A DNA stretch of 38,420 nucleotides, from assembly GCA_051942245.1 (NCBI GenBank), contig JAVECL010000186.1, forward strand, positions 1 through 38,420, given 5' to 3'. Origin of the DNA: Trypethelium eluteriae. Its lineage: Eukaryota. The notes beneath the pieces are model-generated. The model saw nothing but the letters and a program-made list of their open reading frames with translations, did no database searches and had not been told where the DNA came from. The position numbers and the translations under genes were made by a program. Below, one piece after another: positions 37,704 through 38,420 of this stretch (position 1 is the first letter of the stretch; each line of letters opens with the position of its first letter).

Positions 37704-38420
37704 AAAATAATTAAAAAAGAAATTATAAAAAACCTAGAATTAATAATCTGCAACCCAAATTTATTATTAAAGCTAAAAATAAATGCCTTAAACTTTGCAA
37801 TAGGTGTTTACTTATTATAATAGGTGGATAAAAAATAAAAATTAATAAGATATTACTTTAAAAAAATAACTCTTATTAAGTTAAATTATAATATTTATAA
37901 TAAGGAATTGCTAGTAATTATTATAGCAATAAAATACTAAAGAGCATATATTAAAGGAATACTAAAGCTAAATATTTATATAAATTATAAAAACCTACTA
38001 ACTTTTATAATAATTAAACAGTTAAACTAATAATAAGTTAAATAGGCTAAACTTTTAAAATAATATAAATTTATTATATATTATGCATTAAAAAAAAAAA
38101 ATAAAAAAGCAGACGCCTTAAGTTAATAAAAAGACTATTAAGGAAATAAAAAAGTATATTAAGCAGTATTTTAAAAAAAAAAAAAAAAAATAATAGCACT
38201 CTTAAAAGCATTTCTTAGGAGTTAGGATTAATTCTTAATATTTTAGAGGATAAAAGTAAATAATTCTTAATCATTACTTATAAAATAAGGATTCCAAATA
38301 ATAAAATTAATTAATACATTTAAAAATATTATAATAAACTGCAATATAGACACTCTAAAGTTGCATAAATACTTAGGAATTTGTCTTAAAACTGTATTTT
38401 TAATAATATAAAATAAAAGG

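Larger units (their letters stand above)
33445..38420 (+). mobile_element. RIP-inactivated Ty3/Gypsy element (5' LTR type B, gag, PR, RT, RNase H), runs off the window
   Basis: 5' LTR, then an internal region colinear with 2564-6100; RIPed CCHC knuckle (~34668) and RT YLNNILIYS (~36855). Confidence 0.93.

Overview
Filamentous-ascomycete (Pezizomycotina) genomic DNA made of AT-rich, RIP-riddled transposon blocks (1-~11100, ~17450-21150, ~25050-38420) and two GC-normal islands. The second island holds an intact three-exon mating-type gene, MAT1-2-1 (23111-24498, +). About 380 bp upstream, divergently transcribed, is a three-exon gene whose spliced product has an atypical homeodomain (21677-22727, -). 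The first island holds a stand-alone, catalytically degenerate PKS ER/KR-like ORF, an intact PD-(D/E)XK nuclease-like gene and a Copia-gag-like relic. Upstream of both islands lies the RIP-destroyed 3' part of a DUF3435 tyrosine recombinase (Starship captain-like), oriented so that both islands fall on its cargo side. No APN2, SLA2 or MAT1-1 gene is recognisable. The repeats are Ty3/Gypsy chromovirus copies with three LTR types that share R-U5 but differ in U3, plus a Tf1-like self-priming PBS. There are also two pogo/Fot1 families; two direct copies of one bracket the homeodomain-MAT1-2-1 pair. All calls come from manual reading, translation and remembered motifs; no searches were run.
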